Part shown: piece after piece, positions 49,870 through 64,000 of the stretch
Layout of the letters: each line of letters opens with the position of its first letter
Numbering within the stretch: position 1 is the first letter of the stretch
Origin: Eledone cirrhosa
Taxonomy: Eukaryota
Reading direction: 5' to 3'
NCBI GenBank assembly: GCA_964016885.1
Contig: OZ024740.1
Span: forward strand, 117,118,001-117,182,000
DNA: 64,000 bases
Translations under genes and position numbers: made by a program
The notes under the pieces: generated by a model
Told to the model about the DNA's origin: nothing
The model's input: the letters and a program-made list of their open reading frames with translations, nothing else
The model's database searches: none

Positions 49870-50336
49870 GTTTAGGGGTTGTAACGTCTAATTACTATTG
49901 GTTCGCAATCGATGCGTAGTCTCCAGTATGTACTTTGGAGTTGTACTAAGCAGAGTGTAAAAATAATAAGAATGGATGAGGCGTCAAAGTTTCCTTAATT
50001 GTATTCAGGTGTGATTGATCAGCTCAAGTTTCGATCTCTATTGAAACGCGCGTCACACCTGAATAAACAAATATATGCTCTGCTATGATATGCTATCGTC
50101 CCGTAACTCCTGTATATATATATCATGAGCGAAACTTATCGAATAGAATGAACACAGCTTCGCTCGTTTCCCAACTCACTCAATAATCTAATTAAGCCTG
50201 TATTATTAAAATTCTAACCTAACCTAACCTTAAACGTTAATCAATAAGTTATGGGATTTCGTGTGGGTAGGAAGTTTGAGTTTTATATATATATATATAT
50301 AGGGTGTAAACATGTTCATGTGAATACACATACACG

Positions 50337-50388
<52 letters not shown>

Positions 50389-50872
50389 AATAGATATGAA
50401 TATATACGTATATATATATATATATATATATACTGCCGATACATATATTTCTATAAAACACATTCATTCTAATTATTCGAGATGTATTGCAAATTAAAAA
50501 GAATATTAACATTTTATGAAGACAAAAAATCCTTATTGATTAAATTGTTTATATAAAAACCCTTCATCTGAAGTTATAAGGGAAGAGTTATTTCCCTTCG
50601 AATTGTATTTAAACATGGAAATTTGATTTAAGATAGCATAGTGCGTGTGTGAAGAAATGGGCCTATATTTGACAGCAGCTATTTGACTTAAGTAAAATTT
50701 TCTATCTCCCTCTGCATGTGTGCATGTGTGGAGATAGCACGACAGAATGAAAGTGAGACATACAAGCAAAGATACATACTTACGCACATATCTGCACGTA
50801 CACAGACACACGCACACACACGCACACACACATTTACACATATGTTATGTATGTGTGTATATATATATAGGT

Positions 50873-50914
<42 letters not shown>

Positions 50915-51014
50915 TTATCTAATGAGAACGCAACTATCGTCCCAGGATGATATTTGTTTTTGAAATGCGCATAATAAAATATATGGAACTTTTTTAACCA
51001 TCTTTTAATTTCTT

Positions 51015-51076
<62 letters not shown>

Positions 51077-51322
51077 TATATATATATATATATTTACACT
51101 CAGACTTTGAATAATCGTCCACCCCACTTATTAATTTTTCAGCCCCTAATCTAATAATAATTTTATTTTACATTTAAAAAATGATATATAACAAAATAAG
51201 GTATCCCATATTTACGAACGTACACTATACAATTACTGATCCCCCGCCCCCACTCGCTTATAAGAATTTGAGCAAACGTCCAACTCTCACCCCCCCCCTA
51301 TTATTTAGGTCCCGAGAGTGTG

Positions 51323-51357
<35 letters not shown>

Positions 51358-51403
51358 GGAAGAGAGAGATAGAGAGAGACACACACACAAACACAAACAT
51401 ATA

Positions 51404-51435
<32 letters not shown>

Positions 51436-52493
51436 CGAAACTGTATTTAAGGAGTCTATATGATCAGGATGGAACTAATCACCATTTACAGCACTGGGTG
51501 ACACCAACTCCAGTTGTTAGAAGCAAAATTGTACTGTTGAAATAATGGTTCCTAATTTAGGCACAAATCTATTAATTTTGGGTGGGGAGGTGAAAGTTCA
51601 TTAAATCGATCTAAATATTTGACTGGTACATGTTTTATCGATCCTCGAAGGACGAAAGGCAAAATCGACCTCAGGGGTACTAAAAACCGCAAAACCTGGT
51701 GTCTGCACATATAGTGATTCTTCCAATCCATCCCATTATTATAAAATAATTAAATACATAATCTGAGTAAGTGTAAAGTTGATTAAGTGCGGGTAGAGGC
51801 ATTGATTCCCGAGAAGGATTGAGTCTAGTAGAGGGATGGTGACATGAAATAGAGAAGTCTTGACGTATTTGGGGAGAAATAAGAATTTATAGGTGTGTGG
51901 CTATTGATGGGGAAGGACAAACTCATGGTTATATGAACTCAACATATGAACGCATTCAGGGTGCAGAGATTGGAAAAACATCAACTCCCTGTCCCAAAAT
52001 CAAATAAAGAATTATTTAAACGGCTTTCCTTACTCACTTAGAGATCGCAATTACCAGCTTTGCCATTGTGAGAAACTACATATATTGTGGTATCCATTAC
52101 CAGGAACATTGACATATCGTTTTGTTACCACCAAGCGCCCTCTGATAATCTGCAAAGTACACTTAAATTCAATCTGATTCACGTGTGCATTACTGCTCCT
52201 AACATCGACGAAACCAATCGTACTGAATGTATAATCCAAATTTTAATACATTTATTTAACTTCTACTTAAAATGATGATTGCCCTATTTGTTCATTTGTA
52301 CACATACCTGCATATATATATATATATACTAAATTCTGTGGATGAATTTATATCCTGATTCTCTTTTGAGATGAGTTTGAGTTATTTTTCCTAAATCTTT
52401 CGTTAACTACTTTTCCCATCTTGACGTTATAGTCGCATATATGTTATAGAATGCCGTTAGCTTCTTGCTAAAACAATCTCTATACCTCTCATT

Positions 52494-52499
<6 letters not shown>

Positions 52500-52587
<88 letters not shown>

Positions 52588-52807
52588 GGCGCACGCGTGT
52601 GTGTGTATGTGTGAGAACACAAGAATAAAGACAAACAAGACGTAATATTGTACGAGTTGAAATTATTAGGTTAACACGCAGAAAAGTGAAAAGAAGACAC
52701 AAATAAACAAACACACGTGCATATATACATATGAATGTATATATTTATGTATGTATATATATATATATATGTATGTTTATATGTATTTATGTATGTATGT
52801 ATTTATG

Positions 52808-52850
<43 letters not shown>

Positions 52851-53114
52851 ACATACATAAAGACATACATACATACATATAAACATACATACATATATAC
52901 ATACATAAATACATACATACATACATACATATAAACATACATATATATACATACATAAATATATACATTCATATGTATATATGCACGTGTGTTTGTTTGT
53001 GTCTTCTTTTCACCTTTCTGCGTGTTAACTTAATAATTTCAATTCGTACCATATTACGTCTTGTTTGCCTTTATTCTTGTGTTCTCACACATACACACAC
53101 ACGCGTGCGCGCGT

Positions 53115-53169
<55 letters not shown>

Positions 53170-53173
53170 TATT

Positions 53174-53200
<27 letters not shown>
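52500..53200. repeat. Long near-perfect inverted repeat (~350-bp arms)
   Basis: Non-microsatellite core 52582-52750 is the reverse complement of 52952-53117. Confidence 0.9.
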
Positions 53201-53210
<10 letters not shown>

Positions 53211-53224
53211 GTATTTATATGTAA

Positions 53225-53259
<35 letters not shown>

Positions 53260-53261
<2 letters not shown>

Positions 53262-53411
53262 ACGAAGGAAATGTGGTAAGGTACCAGGTGGACCATAACG
53301 CACCAAAGTACTCAATACATAGGGCAGTAGTGTGGGTAATAGGAACGAGTAGGACCCGGATTTTTTAGCCGTCGAAACGGCTGGAGCTCAGCCGTCGGGG
53401 TCCTACTCGTT

Positions 53412-53415
<4 letters not shown>
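53260..53415 (+). mobile_element. Second copy of the 49060 repeat
   Basis: aacgaaggaaatgtggtaagg..gtcGAAACggctggagctcagccGTCggggtcctactcgttcc. Confidence 0.6.
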
Positions 53416-53436
<21 letters not shown>

Positions 53437-53446
<10 letters not shown>

Positions 53447-53558
53447 GACGTAAAATAAGAAAATTAAAAAAAAAATTAAAAATTAACTTACTAAAATTTT
53501 AGTAATTAAGTTAATTTTTAATTTTTTTTTTAATTTTCTTATTTTACGTCTTTCATAT
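53437..53558. repeat. AT-rich palindrome (~55-bp arms)
   Basis: tatatgaaagacgtaaaataagaaaattaa.. mirrored by ..ttaattttcttattttacgtctttcatata. Confidence 0.9.
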
Positions 53559-53662
53559 AATTGTTCTGCATCCTCCTGCATTGAACCACCTAGGTACTAT
53601 GACATAACTTATGTATTTGCTAGCATTAGTGTAATCTGTACGCATATGTTGGTAGATATACT

Positions 53663-53762
<100 letters not shown>

Positions 53763-54110
53763 GTATTTATATGTAAATATATATATATATATATATATAG
53801 AATTCACAAGAATCAAAGCTATGTTCAAAGCATTTATTCACTTACAATTGTTTCATCCAAACCTAGGCTTGCAGTCTTCGGAGCACTTTTCAATGTTTGT
53901 ACATATAATTGTGAATTCTATATAACTGCTCTGTAGAACAACTGATGTTATTACATTTATCTTACTGGTAATATTTATCTTACTGGTAATAAGGTAGTAA
54001 TACATTACTGACCTTCACTGTTTAAGGTTTAAAATATACATAACTATAAAAAGTTTAATATATACATAACCATAAATAATATCCCTAATATTATATATAT
54101 TATATATTCT

Positions 54111-54186
54111 TTCTATACATTTCGAGTTTAATGTAAGACATTTCTGGTACCAAAAATGTCTTACATTAAACTCGAAATGTATAGAA
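54111..54186. repeat. 76-bp palindrome, one mismatch, no spacer
   Basis: ttctatacatttcgagtttaatgtaagacattt-c-tggtacca-a-aaatgtcttacattaaactcgaaatgtatagaa. Confidence 0.92.
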
Positions 54187-54821
54187 GGGACATTGCTCTG
54201 TTGCACACACCTCTGTGTCCACGTGCATATTTCTATTTCACGTTTGAGTGTTCGTAAGGCCTTGTTACAAACAGAGTAACAACATTTTCCAAAAGAGAGC
54301 AGTTCGGTAATGGTCATTCGGTACAATATTTCTTCTTATTAGTGTAATCTAAGAATAACAAGCATTCTTCCATCATATATACCTCTGGTAGTCTAAACGA
54401 GTCCACTTAAGACACACAGAAAGGGGATAACAACAAAAGTGATAACCATACAATGGAGTGGGATATATATAGTTGTTGTTTTACACTTATAATGATTTGA
54501 ATCGATCGAGCCTAGGTCTTCTTTCTCTGGAGTAGGCAGCTAAAATGCGTTATACGATCTACATATATAAACTGTTTTCCTTGTCGACAGTTAAAGGTAG
54601 TATTTAGTTTGTTATATTTTTTAGGCCTTTATGGACAAGGTGATTAAGGCTAGATTGGTGTTAATGCGGCCAATGTTCAATTTGACTTAGATGCAAATTA
54701 ATAATTGAATAGTAACCATTTGAGCCCCTTCCGCGTGTGACCTACCAGGACATTTACATTTTTGTGTACGGTCTGTCTGCGCATTTATATTTCAGCGCTC
54801 GCTTTCTCTCAACTACAAAAA

Positions 54822-54942
54822 CTAACCGCAACCCTAACCCGAATCCTAACCTTAACTCTCACCCTAACCCAAACCATATCCTTTAACCTAACCCAAATCG
54901 TAACCCTAACCCTAACACTAACGCTAACCCCAAGCCTAACCC
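54822..54942. repeat. Degenerate (TAACCC)n telomere-like interstitial repeat
   Basis: About 20 imperfect taaccc hexamers. Confidence 0.7.
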
Positions 54943-55434
54943 GGTAGACATAACGGGTCATTACACCACGTAGAATTCAGTACGGTAGGCGACACATAAA
55001 AGTAGCACAAAGTAAAATTCCCATATGCATGTAATTCTGTGGAGAGAAATATTGAGCAAAAATGTTTTACTTCAGTCTTGGAGATGTTGCATAGTATAGG
55101 TGATTGACGAAAGAGAATTAATACAACTGACACTGATGTTTGTTAAAGTAGTATGAAGCGCGGACAAACGTCTGTTTAGATTCCAACATAGCAATGACTT
55201 AATTCTGGCGGCGAATTGGCAGAGTCGTTATGGCGTTGGATCAAATTCCTCGGCATTTCTTGCAGGTCACTAAATTCTGAGCTCAAATTCAGCAGTGGTC
55301 AAATTTGACCACTTTCATCTTTTGGGGGTTGATTAAATATAGTTCCAGTCCAGTGTTGGGGGATTCGTAGAAGCGTTAAAGAGTTGGACAGGATGCTTTG
55401 CAGTATCTAATCCGGTTTTCTATTTTCTGATATA

Positions 55435-55710
55435 TGCCGGCCTCCCATGCATATCTGTCGTTGTACGTAAAAGGAGAGCGAGATTTGCTGATCACTGCCA
55501 TCGTGCTACCTATGAGGCTGTGTCCCCCATTAGTGATTTGGAAACCACAAGCAGTCACTAGTAACAGGGGGCGCAAGCTCTCCTATCCCGATGCCACCTC
55601 CAGAGATTCTGGTATTCACATCCAGGACTTGGCAACGGCAATGAACGACAGACCTACGTGGAGATCAATTGTTGAGTCCATTTCAGCTGAGGCCGTCACA
55701 TGATGATGAT
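55435..55710 (+). pseudogene. RTE-clade LINE 3' fragment with (TGA)n tail
   Basis: RARFADHCHR, IWKP..RGRKLSYPD, DLATAMNDRPTWRSIV, then tgatgatgat. Confidence 0.6.
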
Positions 55711-57729
55711 GTATGTTCTGAATTCTTCCAGGAGTTGCAGCAAGCAGATACTATCTGGAAAGGCCAATGGAAACATTGTTTCTTTGATCCTATCTGAAGA
55801 TCAGTTAATTTTCTTTCTTTTTCCTTAAATTCTGAACATGTGACATATCTTAAACATACTATTATAGAAATATAGACGTCATTGTTTCTAAAACACCTGG
55901 ATACATTAATTTCTCTTTTTTGGTTAAAAGGCAATAACTTTCTATGAGATTTCGTATTGATCTTTCGCAGAATTCTTATTGGTTAACTTGCAGCGTATTA
56001 TATGTTATTTACATCCACCCCACCCCACCCACTATTTTATCTGTTAGCTCACGCATGATGATCCTAGTCAATAATCTTATTTCATTAAAATTAAATAACT
56101 ACAGTAAAATTGATATTCGATACTTTAATGCCCAAGATAAGATATAATGCTGACAACGCTGATATCTTATATAATAACTATCAGAAGAAACGGTTCGTAC
56201 CATGTTACTGACAGTGATAAATGATAAACTTCTCCTTAGTGCTGTTCATATACCTGTATATAGGTACATTAAAAGATACGACATTATATTTTCGTTAAGT
56301 GTGTTTGGTAAATTGCAATACAGCGTAAAAATATTCTCACAAGTATTTACTTAGATATATTACATACAAATAAAGTTTACATCATGAGACATTACACAAC
56401 AACGCATCATTCTATATTCCATGGAATATTTGTTAATCTCTGTAATTATAAATCATATGTTTACATGTTTCCCATGTTTTGTATGATTTACAGAACAATT
56501 GTTATATAATAGACATCTTGACCTTGAGTTGGCTGTGATGACATTAAACAAGATAATATATAATCATATAATCATCTTCAAATATGTTGTATAATACATT
56601 GGCTTCTTTTGGCTGGACACGAATGAAATGTGGAAGTGGTGGTGGAGGTGTTGGTGGTGGGGTGATGTTAATCTCTTAACCATGGATATTAATGGTGAAA
56701 AGTGAAGTGAAATGAGTTCGTAAGGAAACCAAACCATAATCTCAGCTTCATACAACGTTTGCAACATACTCTATGCCAGCCTTTACATGTAAACTACAGT
56801 GACATCATATTTACCCCTATTCACAAACAAATTGCCCTAGTAAATGTAATTTGCCAATATCATTTTACCTAAACTATTATTAAATTATTTCCTTTTTTCA
56901 TTGTTCATTATTTCTTAACAACTTTAATTCATGGCGTTCTGTCACGTGTGATTAGGTGCCCTTAGGTCTTTTCACAAACGTTATATTTCTCACAATCGTA
57001 GTTAAGCTTTCTCATAACTGTCATTAGTCTATCTCACAAATCCCCGTAATTGAAAGTTGTTTAAAGTATAATGAATAAACCGAGACAAATAAAGTAACAA
57101 AATAATGATGGTGTTACATGCATACCTTCCATATTCAAGACAACAGTTATGACTATATATTATGAGCAATAGAAAATATATTCATGTTTTATCATACACT
57201 ATGACCCTTTTTTTATCAATGTCAATTATTAAGCAGGTGTTAAATTTTGATACGGCTTAATTGAAAGGTTTGCATCGACCACCAAAGGTGTTATTTTCGC
57301 TATTCAGCAAATGTCACAAGAAGAAGGGGTTATCACATTAACGATAGCGAAAAACTGGCAAACCATAGAATAAACATAGGTCTTATTATTTAAATGTACG
57401 TAAAGAAGGAATCAAATTACCAAACATCTGTTAATATCCCAGCTGATTAACCAAGCAAATAAATATTTTGCTACTTCATAAACTATACTACCAGCACCCT
57501 ATAGTATTTTGATTAATACACTGCTTGACGAAGTAATTTATTATCTATCTACATAGTTGCTTACCTAGCTATGTATCTAGTTACATAACTGCACTCTTAA
57601 CTAACTAATTAACTAACTAATTAACTTACTCGCTATCCAAACAAATACTTTATTCATTTAATATATTTCCTCTTAGCTTTACTCCACGAAAGGTCTTTCA
57701 GGTAGAATCCTTAATGCTTTACTTATAAT

Positions 57730-57895
57730 GGTTTCTGATTTAGGTACAATGAGAACACTTGTTTGAAAAGGTGATAGACTATTAAATCGGTCCCAGTGCA
57801 TTACTGATACTTTGTTTTATCGACTGCGCAAATGATGAAAGGCAAATATACCCTTGGAAGGATTTGAACTTAGAACGTAAAGGAACGTAACTCAA
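57730..57895 (-). mobile_element. Decayed SINE
   Basis: ggtttctgatttaggtacaa..cccagtgcattactg..gatgaaaggcaaa..ggatttgaact. Confidence 0.65.
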
Positions 57896-58682
57896 TGATA
57901 TACTTATAATAAACAAAATTTCCATTAAAAGGGAGGGCAACGCAATGACCCCATTTTAAAAGTCACTTAGACTGGGAATAAGAGAGGAAGTTAACTTCAG
58001 ATCGGAGTTCAAGCTTGTAAACTTGCAATAGAGTGAACTCAGTCAATTCACACGACAATCTGCTGGGGGTGTTAAACCAGACGACGGGTTAAGTTTCTTA
58101 CCCAAGAACAGGAACGGTGGCTTCAACAGGCTTCTAGAGTTTTTCTCTGACAAATTTAATTGAAATCCAAATGCTTATCATTGTGTGGAGAATGCTTATC
58201 TTCTAAACTGTGGAGAACGAAAAATGAGAAAAATTTATTCCCCGCCAAAGAAATAGAGATAAACTAGATCTCTAGTAGTGGTTTTAAAAATATCTCCATT
58301 TTCAAGAAAATATCCTCTTTTCAACTAGTTTACACGTGTACATCAATCTCCTGTAATATGGTCCTATAAGACATACATGCATACACAGACCATATGCATA
58401 CATATACATGCATACATATACTTATACACATAAATAGGCATGTGTGTGCATAATAAGGCATCAGTCTTAAAGCAACCTCAGGCAATGAATATAAAAGAAA
58501 GACAAAAATTCAATGCTGCTATTCTGTTAAAAATCAGTTAGTTTACACAAGAATATGTCTAAACAGTGAATGCAGACACAAAATACTGTACTAATGGTCT
58601 AATTCTTTATCTGTGTTTGTTTACATTCCTAATGAAATAATATATATCCTCTAAATAAAATATCATAGATGTTTATTTATAT

Positions 58683-59295
58683 TACAAGAGATACTCAAAC
58701 ATTATCCGCACTCTTATTTTTTTCAATTTATTTACACAAAAGCAGAGGTTAAACAAGTACGTCATTTCTCTACATAGACTCCTTCCCTTTCGATGCAGTT
58801 GGTCCGGCGCTCCACAAGCTTGCGTATTCCCTTCAAGAAAATGGTTTACGGCTGGTCGCGCAACCAATTATGCACCGCTTCCTGCACTTCTTTATCCGTA
58901 GGAAATCGATGACATTGTGAAGATCTTTGAGCGGTCCAAAGAGATGGTAGTCAGAAGGCGCAAGCTCTTCATACACACTTCTACGCGATAGTGCAATGTT
59001 GCGGTAGTGTGTTAAAAGCCTCCGATGAATTTCAGCCCCTGACATACCTTCTGACCAGAGAAATCGGTTCACTGCTCTTTGTTCATCCTTGGTGCACACT
59101 GCTAGCGGGGCGGTCATGTTTACACTGTAACAACAGCAAGAAAACTGGTGCGATCAAGCTCAAACGTCGATCACGTGACTACAATAGTTCAAACTATAAG
59201 GACACATGAGCAGAAGGCAGTGTGACAAACCTATGTATCTAGGAGAAGGTGACTCTGATATAAAACGTGCGGCTTCGTTTGCATCCAATGATGTA
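58683..59295 (-). mobile_element. Internally deleted mariner element
   Basis: N-terminal HTH EQRAV.RFLWSEG..AEIHRRL..LSRRSVYE joined directly to LAPSDYHLFGPLK; ..YVEK C-terminus; degenerate ~29-bp TIRs ending in TA. Confidence 0.75.
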
Positions 59296-59918
59296 GACAA
59301 GTTCTTCTTTTGGGGCAAATGCATTCGATTTTCAGAGAATGAGAATGGTCCCGTGCAAAGCCTTTACTCACTTAAAAAAGCTTCAAGCACAAGCATCGCT
59401 TGACATGAGACATTTATTGCGATGCATGGTATAGCTGACCATCGGTAAGTCCCTAGCAGGGCAAAAAAGCCACGTCCGTGATGCTCATACTTAAGTATCA
59501 AGCGATGGTATTACTCAAAATCGAGTTGCAGCCATCATCATGTCCCATATAATAATATCTGGTCTGTTATGCCTGCATTTTATTGGGGATTTTACTGGAA
59601 CATTCCACCAGTACTCTTTCATATTATGAATATATATATGTCTTCCACATTGCTGTAGCTTTTAATGTGTTTATTACTGGGGCTATCTTTTCTACGGTTT
59701 GCATCGTACAGTGTTTGGGCCACTACATCATGCCTCATAGGTAGATAGTACCGCGATGACATCTTTGGACAGCTGCTTTTGACATGAGTGACATATTCGA
59801 TGTTAATTCTGCAGAGTCTTCACTTGTTGTCACATCTAGGTGTTTTGCCTGCATCCCTATCTCTTTTGTGAATCAGGTATTTTGTGTTGATTTCCTGTGT
59901 AAATCAGGTATTTGGTGT

Positions 59919-60466
<548 letters not shown>

Positions 60467-60726
60467 GATTCTCGATAAGTTAGTTATACAGTATCAAGTG
60501 CAGCTTAGAGAAATTTCTGTTTCGCGACAACATTCCAATCGTTGCGTTTCGTTTTATAATAGCCATACCGGCTTTTATAAACAATCTCATATCGTAACAT
60601 GACTGTGTGGTGTTTTCAGACGTAAGTCATGTAATGGTTGGTTAACACATGTTTAGGTTTTTGTTGTTGTTAATCAAATAAAGAGGAAATGCAGCGAAGA
60701 AATACGAAGTACAAAGCAGAGAAACA

Positions 60727-60897
<171 letters not shown>

Positions 60898-61339
60898 TGT
60901 TTGTGTACGTATATGTGAGTATGTGTGTGTATGTATGTGTGTGTGTGTGTGCGTTGGGAGGGGAAGATAGAATGTTAAAAAACGAAGAATCATAAAAGAA
61001 TATACAAGCCAATTCGAGGTTTTTCTAAAATAATTAATGACATGCATTGGAGCAAACTTTCCTCACCCCCCATCTCTCCCTCTATATATATACGGAGGCA
61101 TATTCACATGCAATTAGTCTCGCTGTGCATTTACTTTACGTGATGTTTTTTTTTTATTGGAGGGTGGAAGTGGAACAGACTAAAATTTTATGGATCTGAC
61201 ATCCTATATTTTTCCATAACACACGTTGCTTTGGTACACTAGTTGTTGGTGATACTTGGCAGCGACATGCACTTGATAGGTTTGCCCGACGACTGGAATA
61301 AAAATCAGTGCTGCGAAGACTGAGGCACTCGTTGTCGCA

Positions 61340-61925
61340 AGGAAGCCTGTACTGTGCATTCTACATGTGAGGGGATTTACACTGAAGCAAGTAAAGAAGT
61401 TCAAGAATATCAGGAGCTGGTGCAGTAGCAAGCCAGTTTCAGCATCCGGTAATCAGAAGAAGGTAGATAAAAGCCAAACTAGCTATATTCAATTCAGTAT
61501 TCGTTCCAAACCTTACCTATGGTCATGAATCTTGGGCAATCACCGGAGGAATAGGATCGCGAATACATGCAGCAGAAATTGGGTTTCTTCAAAGGGTCTT
61601 TGGAATAACGTTACTATAAAATGCGTAGCTTGGAGATAGGAGAGTCTCTCCAAGTAGAGCCACTACTTATTTGAGAGATCACAGCTCCGATATTACGGGC
61701 ATGTGGCTTGAATGTCTTAGGAAAGAATCGCTAGATACATTTTATGAGTAAAACTAATCGACACGACACCCAACGATAGACCCCGAGCAAAATGGTTTGA
61801 TAACATCCATGAGCTCGGCTAGTCTTGCTTGGGGATCCAGCCGGATCAATTGAACACGTTTGCTACTTACATGATCCGCTGGATGGAATGTTTGAGGACT
61901 TTTCTCCCATGACCTTCTCAGGAAA
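61340..61925 (+). pseudogene. Decayed RTE-clade LINE C-terminal fragment
   Basis: LKQVKKFK, KAKLAIFNSVFVPNLTYGHESW, RIHAAEIGFL, QLRYYGHV, RPRAKWFDNI across frameshifts. Confidence 0.7.
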
Positions 61926-62278
61926 AGAAGAGACGTTTTATAAATAGAGATGTTATTTTTTAAACTAAAAACATTTCAGCTGCTGATAATATAGATTATA
62001 TACCTCACCTTATTAAATAATCCTCTTTCATGACTTTCTTTATATCACAGCCACAGGTATGTAGTGGAAGAATACACCGTTTTTATTTTCATACTTGAAG
62101 ATCTTCCAGCTAAGTGGAACGACTCTACACAAAACGCAGCCAACAGAAATGTTACTTGTACTCCAGTGAATCGTGTATACTTCTCCCCATAAGGTAGTGG
62201 TCAATTTTGTTCTTAACAAACAATACTAAAATCACACACGCACACACACAAACACAAACACACACACACACACACACA

Positions 62279-62312
<34 letters not shown>

Positions 62313-62318
62313 TGCACA

Positions 62319-62368
<50 letters not shown>

Positions 62369-64000
62369 CATGTGTGCGTGTGTGTGTGTATGTGCGTGCA
62401 TGTATGTTTTTATATGTGCATTTACGTTTAGTTTGGCGAATGCAAACGTAGACGATATTAATGATAAGAGGAGCCAAATGATGGTAATATTTATATCCGT
62501 GTAATGATGCCAATGTTAGTGATAAACTGTAACCAGAAATTGTCAGGTGGTAATTATTGTTAGGCTCTTAGGAATGGTAATTGGCAAACAGGGGCGCCAA
62601 TAAAATAACAGAATATATATATTCTGGTTAGTATGTTAATAAACTGATGAAAAGGTTAATTAGTGTGTGTTGGAAAAGAAAATACTTTAAAATCAAACAA
62701 ACATATCTTTTAGAACACTCGCAGCTGTTACAGATATTACTTATTGCCATATTTTTCAACATAACATATACAAGGGATATAGCAACCGCAAATTAGACTG
62801 CTACAGTTGTGTGGAAATATTTCCAAAACGACCTGTTATTACTGTTGTACACTGAAACCCATAACACGTTTTGACAAACGACAACAGGTTCGGCATGTAT
62901 CCATTCAGTGATTATATCTGGTTTATTATTTTTCGTTAGTTGATAACCATCGTGAAACAAGAGGTATCTTTTTGATAAACTAAGTTTGTGTCATGATTTC
63001 GTTTCTTAGCTGCATTATATTTACTCTGAGGTGCTACTGTATTTATAAGCCATAGCGTCTTTAATTGATGGCAGATGACATGAGACAATATTAGTTTTGT
63101 AGTGAGCTGAGATACTATAAGATCCAAGGGACGGTTAACGCTATTGTTTATCGTTGATGACGGAAAACATGGGCGGAAAGTGTAAAAGTAAACCCTTCTA
63201 ATGACAATAGAGACCCTAATTATAGAAGTCCTTCACGAAATATATCATTGACATGCTGAAGACGAATACAAACCTTAAAAAAATATGTACTACACCAACT
63301 GAAAGAAACCACACGTGAATATGCAATAGCTCGAAGAAAATATCAAGGAGGTGGGGATAGAAAACAGCTTGTAAAGTTCAGAAAGCCAAAGGTTTCTTCA
63401 TCCCACTAATAACTTAAATATGACGCGATGTGAAAATCGAGAAATGATGGATCACTATATGATCGCAAGAGATGTTTCTGTCCCATTTAGACAATCACTG
63501 GTGGGTTGGTTTAATTGCCATAGACGATAAAATGCAAATGTTTTAACACTATGATGACATGTATATAGACAGTATATTTCGAATATGTTCACCTTGCAAA
63601 TAATTCTATATTTTTCATGGAAAATATAGGTTTCTCATTTTTGCGACATACTGTTTGTTCTGGAAAACAGTTGATCATTACCATCAATTGCAGTAAGTCC
63701 TGAAAAAAGAGTTCTGATGTAACTCTCAACATAGAGGAGAGCCAAAGAGTGTGTATGGTGCTGAACAGTTATTTATTACTGTGGTGGAAACTGAGCTGCA
63801 AATGGACAATGTTAATGACTGCCAGCCCATAGTGAGATGTTTGTAGGTGCTAGAACTATCTAAAGAATACTGAAGTTATGGACGCTTTTGAAAGTTTCTC
63901 TCAGAAAGAAACTCCTTTAATGACAATTATCTGCTCTTGATGCAGAATACACCCTACAGAAATTATGTGGAATGTGAGTTCATAAAATCTTCTTCCGATT

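Noticed and set aside
51780-52270. Possible old CR1/L2-type LINE 3' remnant on the minus strand
   Set aside because: Too degraded to support by eye; needs a translated profile search.
56560-56790. Possible host exon with a Pro-rich segment on the minus strand
   Set aside because: Interrupted by stops, no recognisable domain or splice context.
63230-64000. Possible coding remnant near the window end
   Set aside because: No sustained frame or identifiable motif.

Overview
Eukaryotic, AT-rich, microsatellite-saturated DNA ((TA)n, (CA)n, (GATA)n, (AAT)n; one 200-N gap). The repeat landscape resembles an octopod cephalopod genome (inference only). No host protein-coding gene can be supported. 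The dominant structure is a ~24.4 kb uninterrupted retrotransposon stack (18789-43222) built inside one (AAT)n microsatellite. It contains five copies of two R4/Dong-clade RT+RLE families, all on + with (TAA)n tails, including one intact 1130-aa ORF. It also contains five copies of Tx1/L1-clade APE+RT elements, all on - with (ATT)n tails, two of them full length. Two unrelated endonuclease classes therefore appear to use opposite strands of the same repeat. The flanks hold many tRNA-headed SINE copies, Penelope-like GIY-YIG remnants, several minimal type I hammerhead-ribozyme motifs (one in a 320-bp terminally redundant unit), decayed mariner and RTE fragments, and a cluster of long palindromes near 52.5-54.2 kb.
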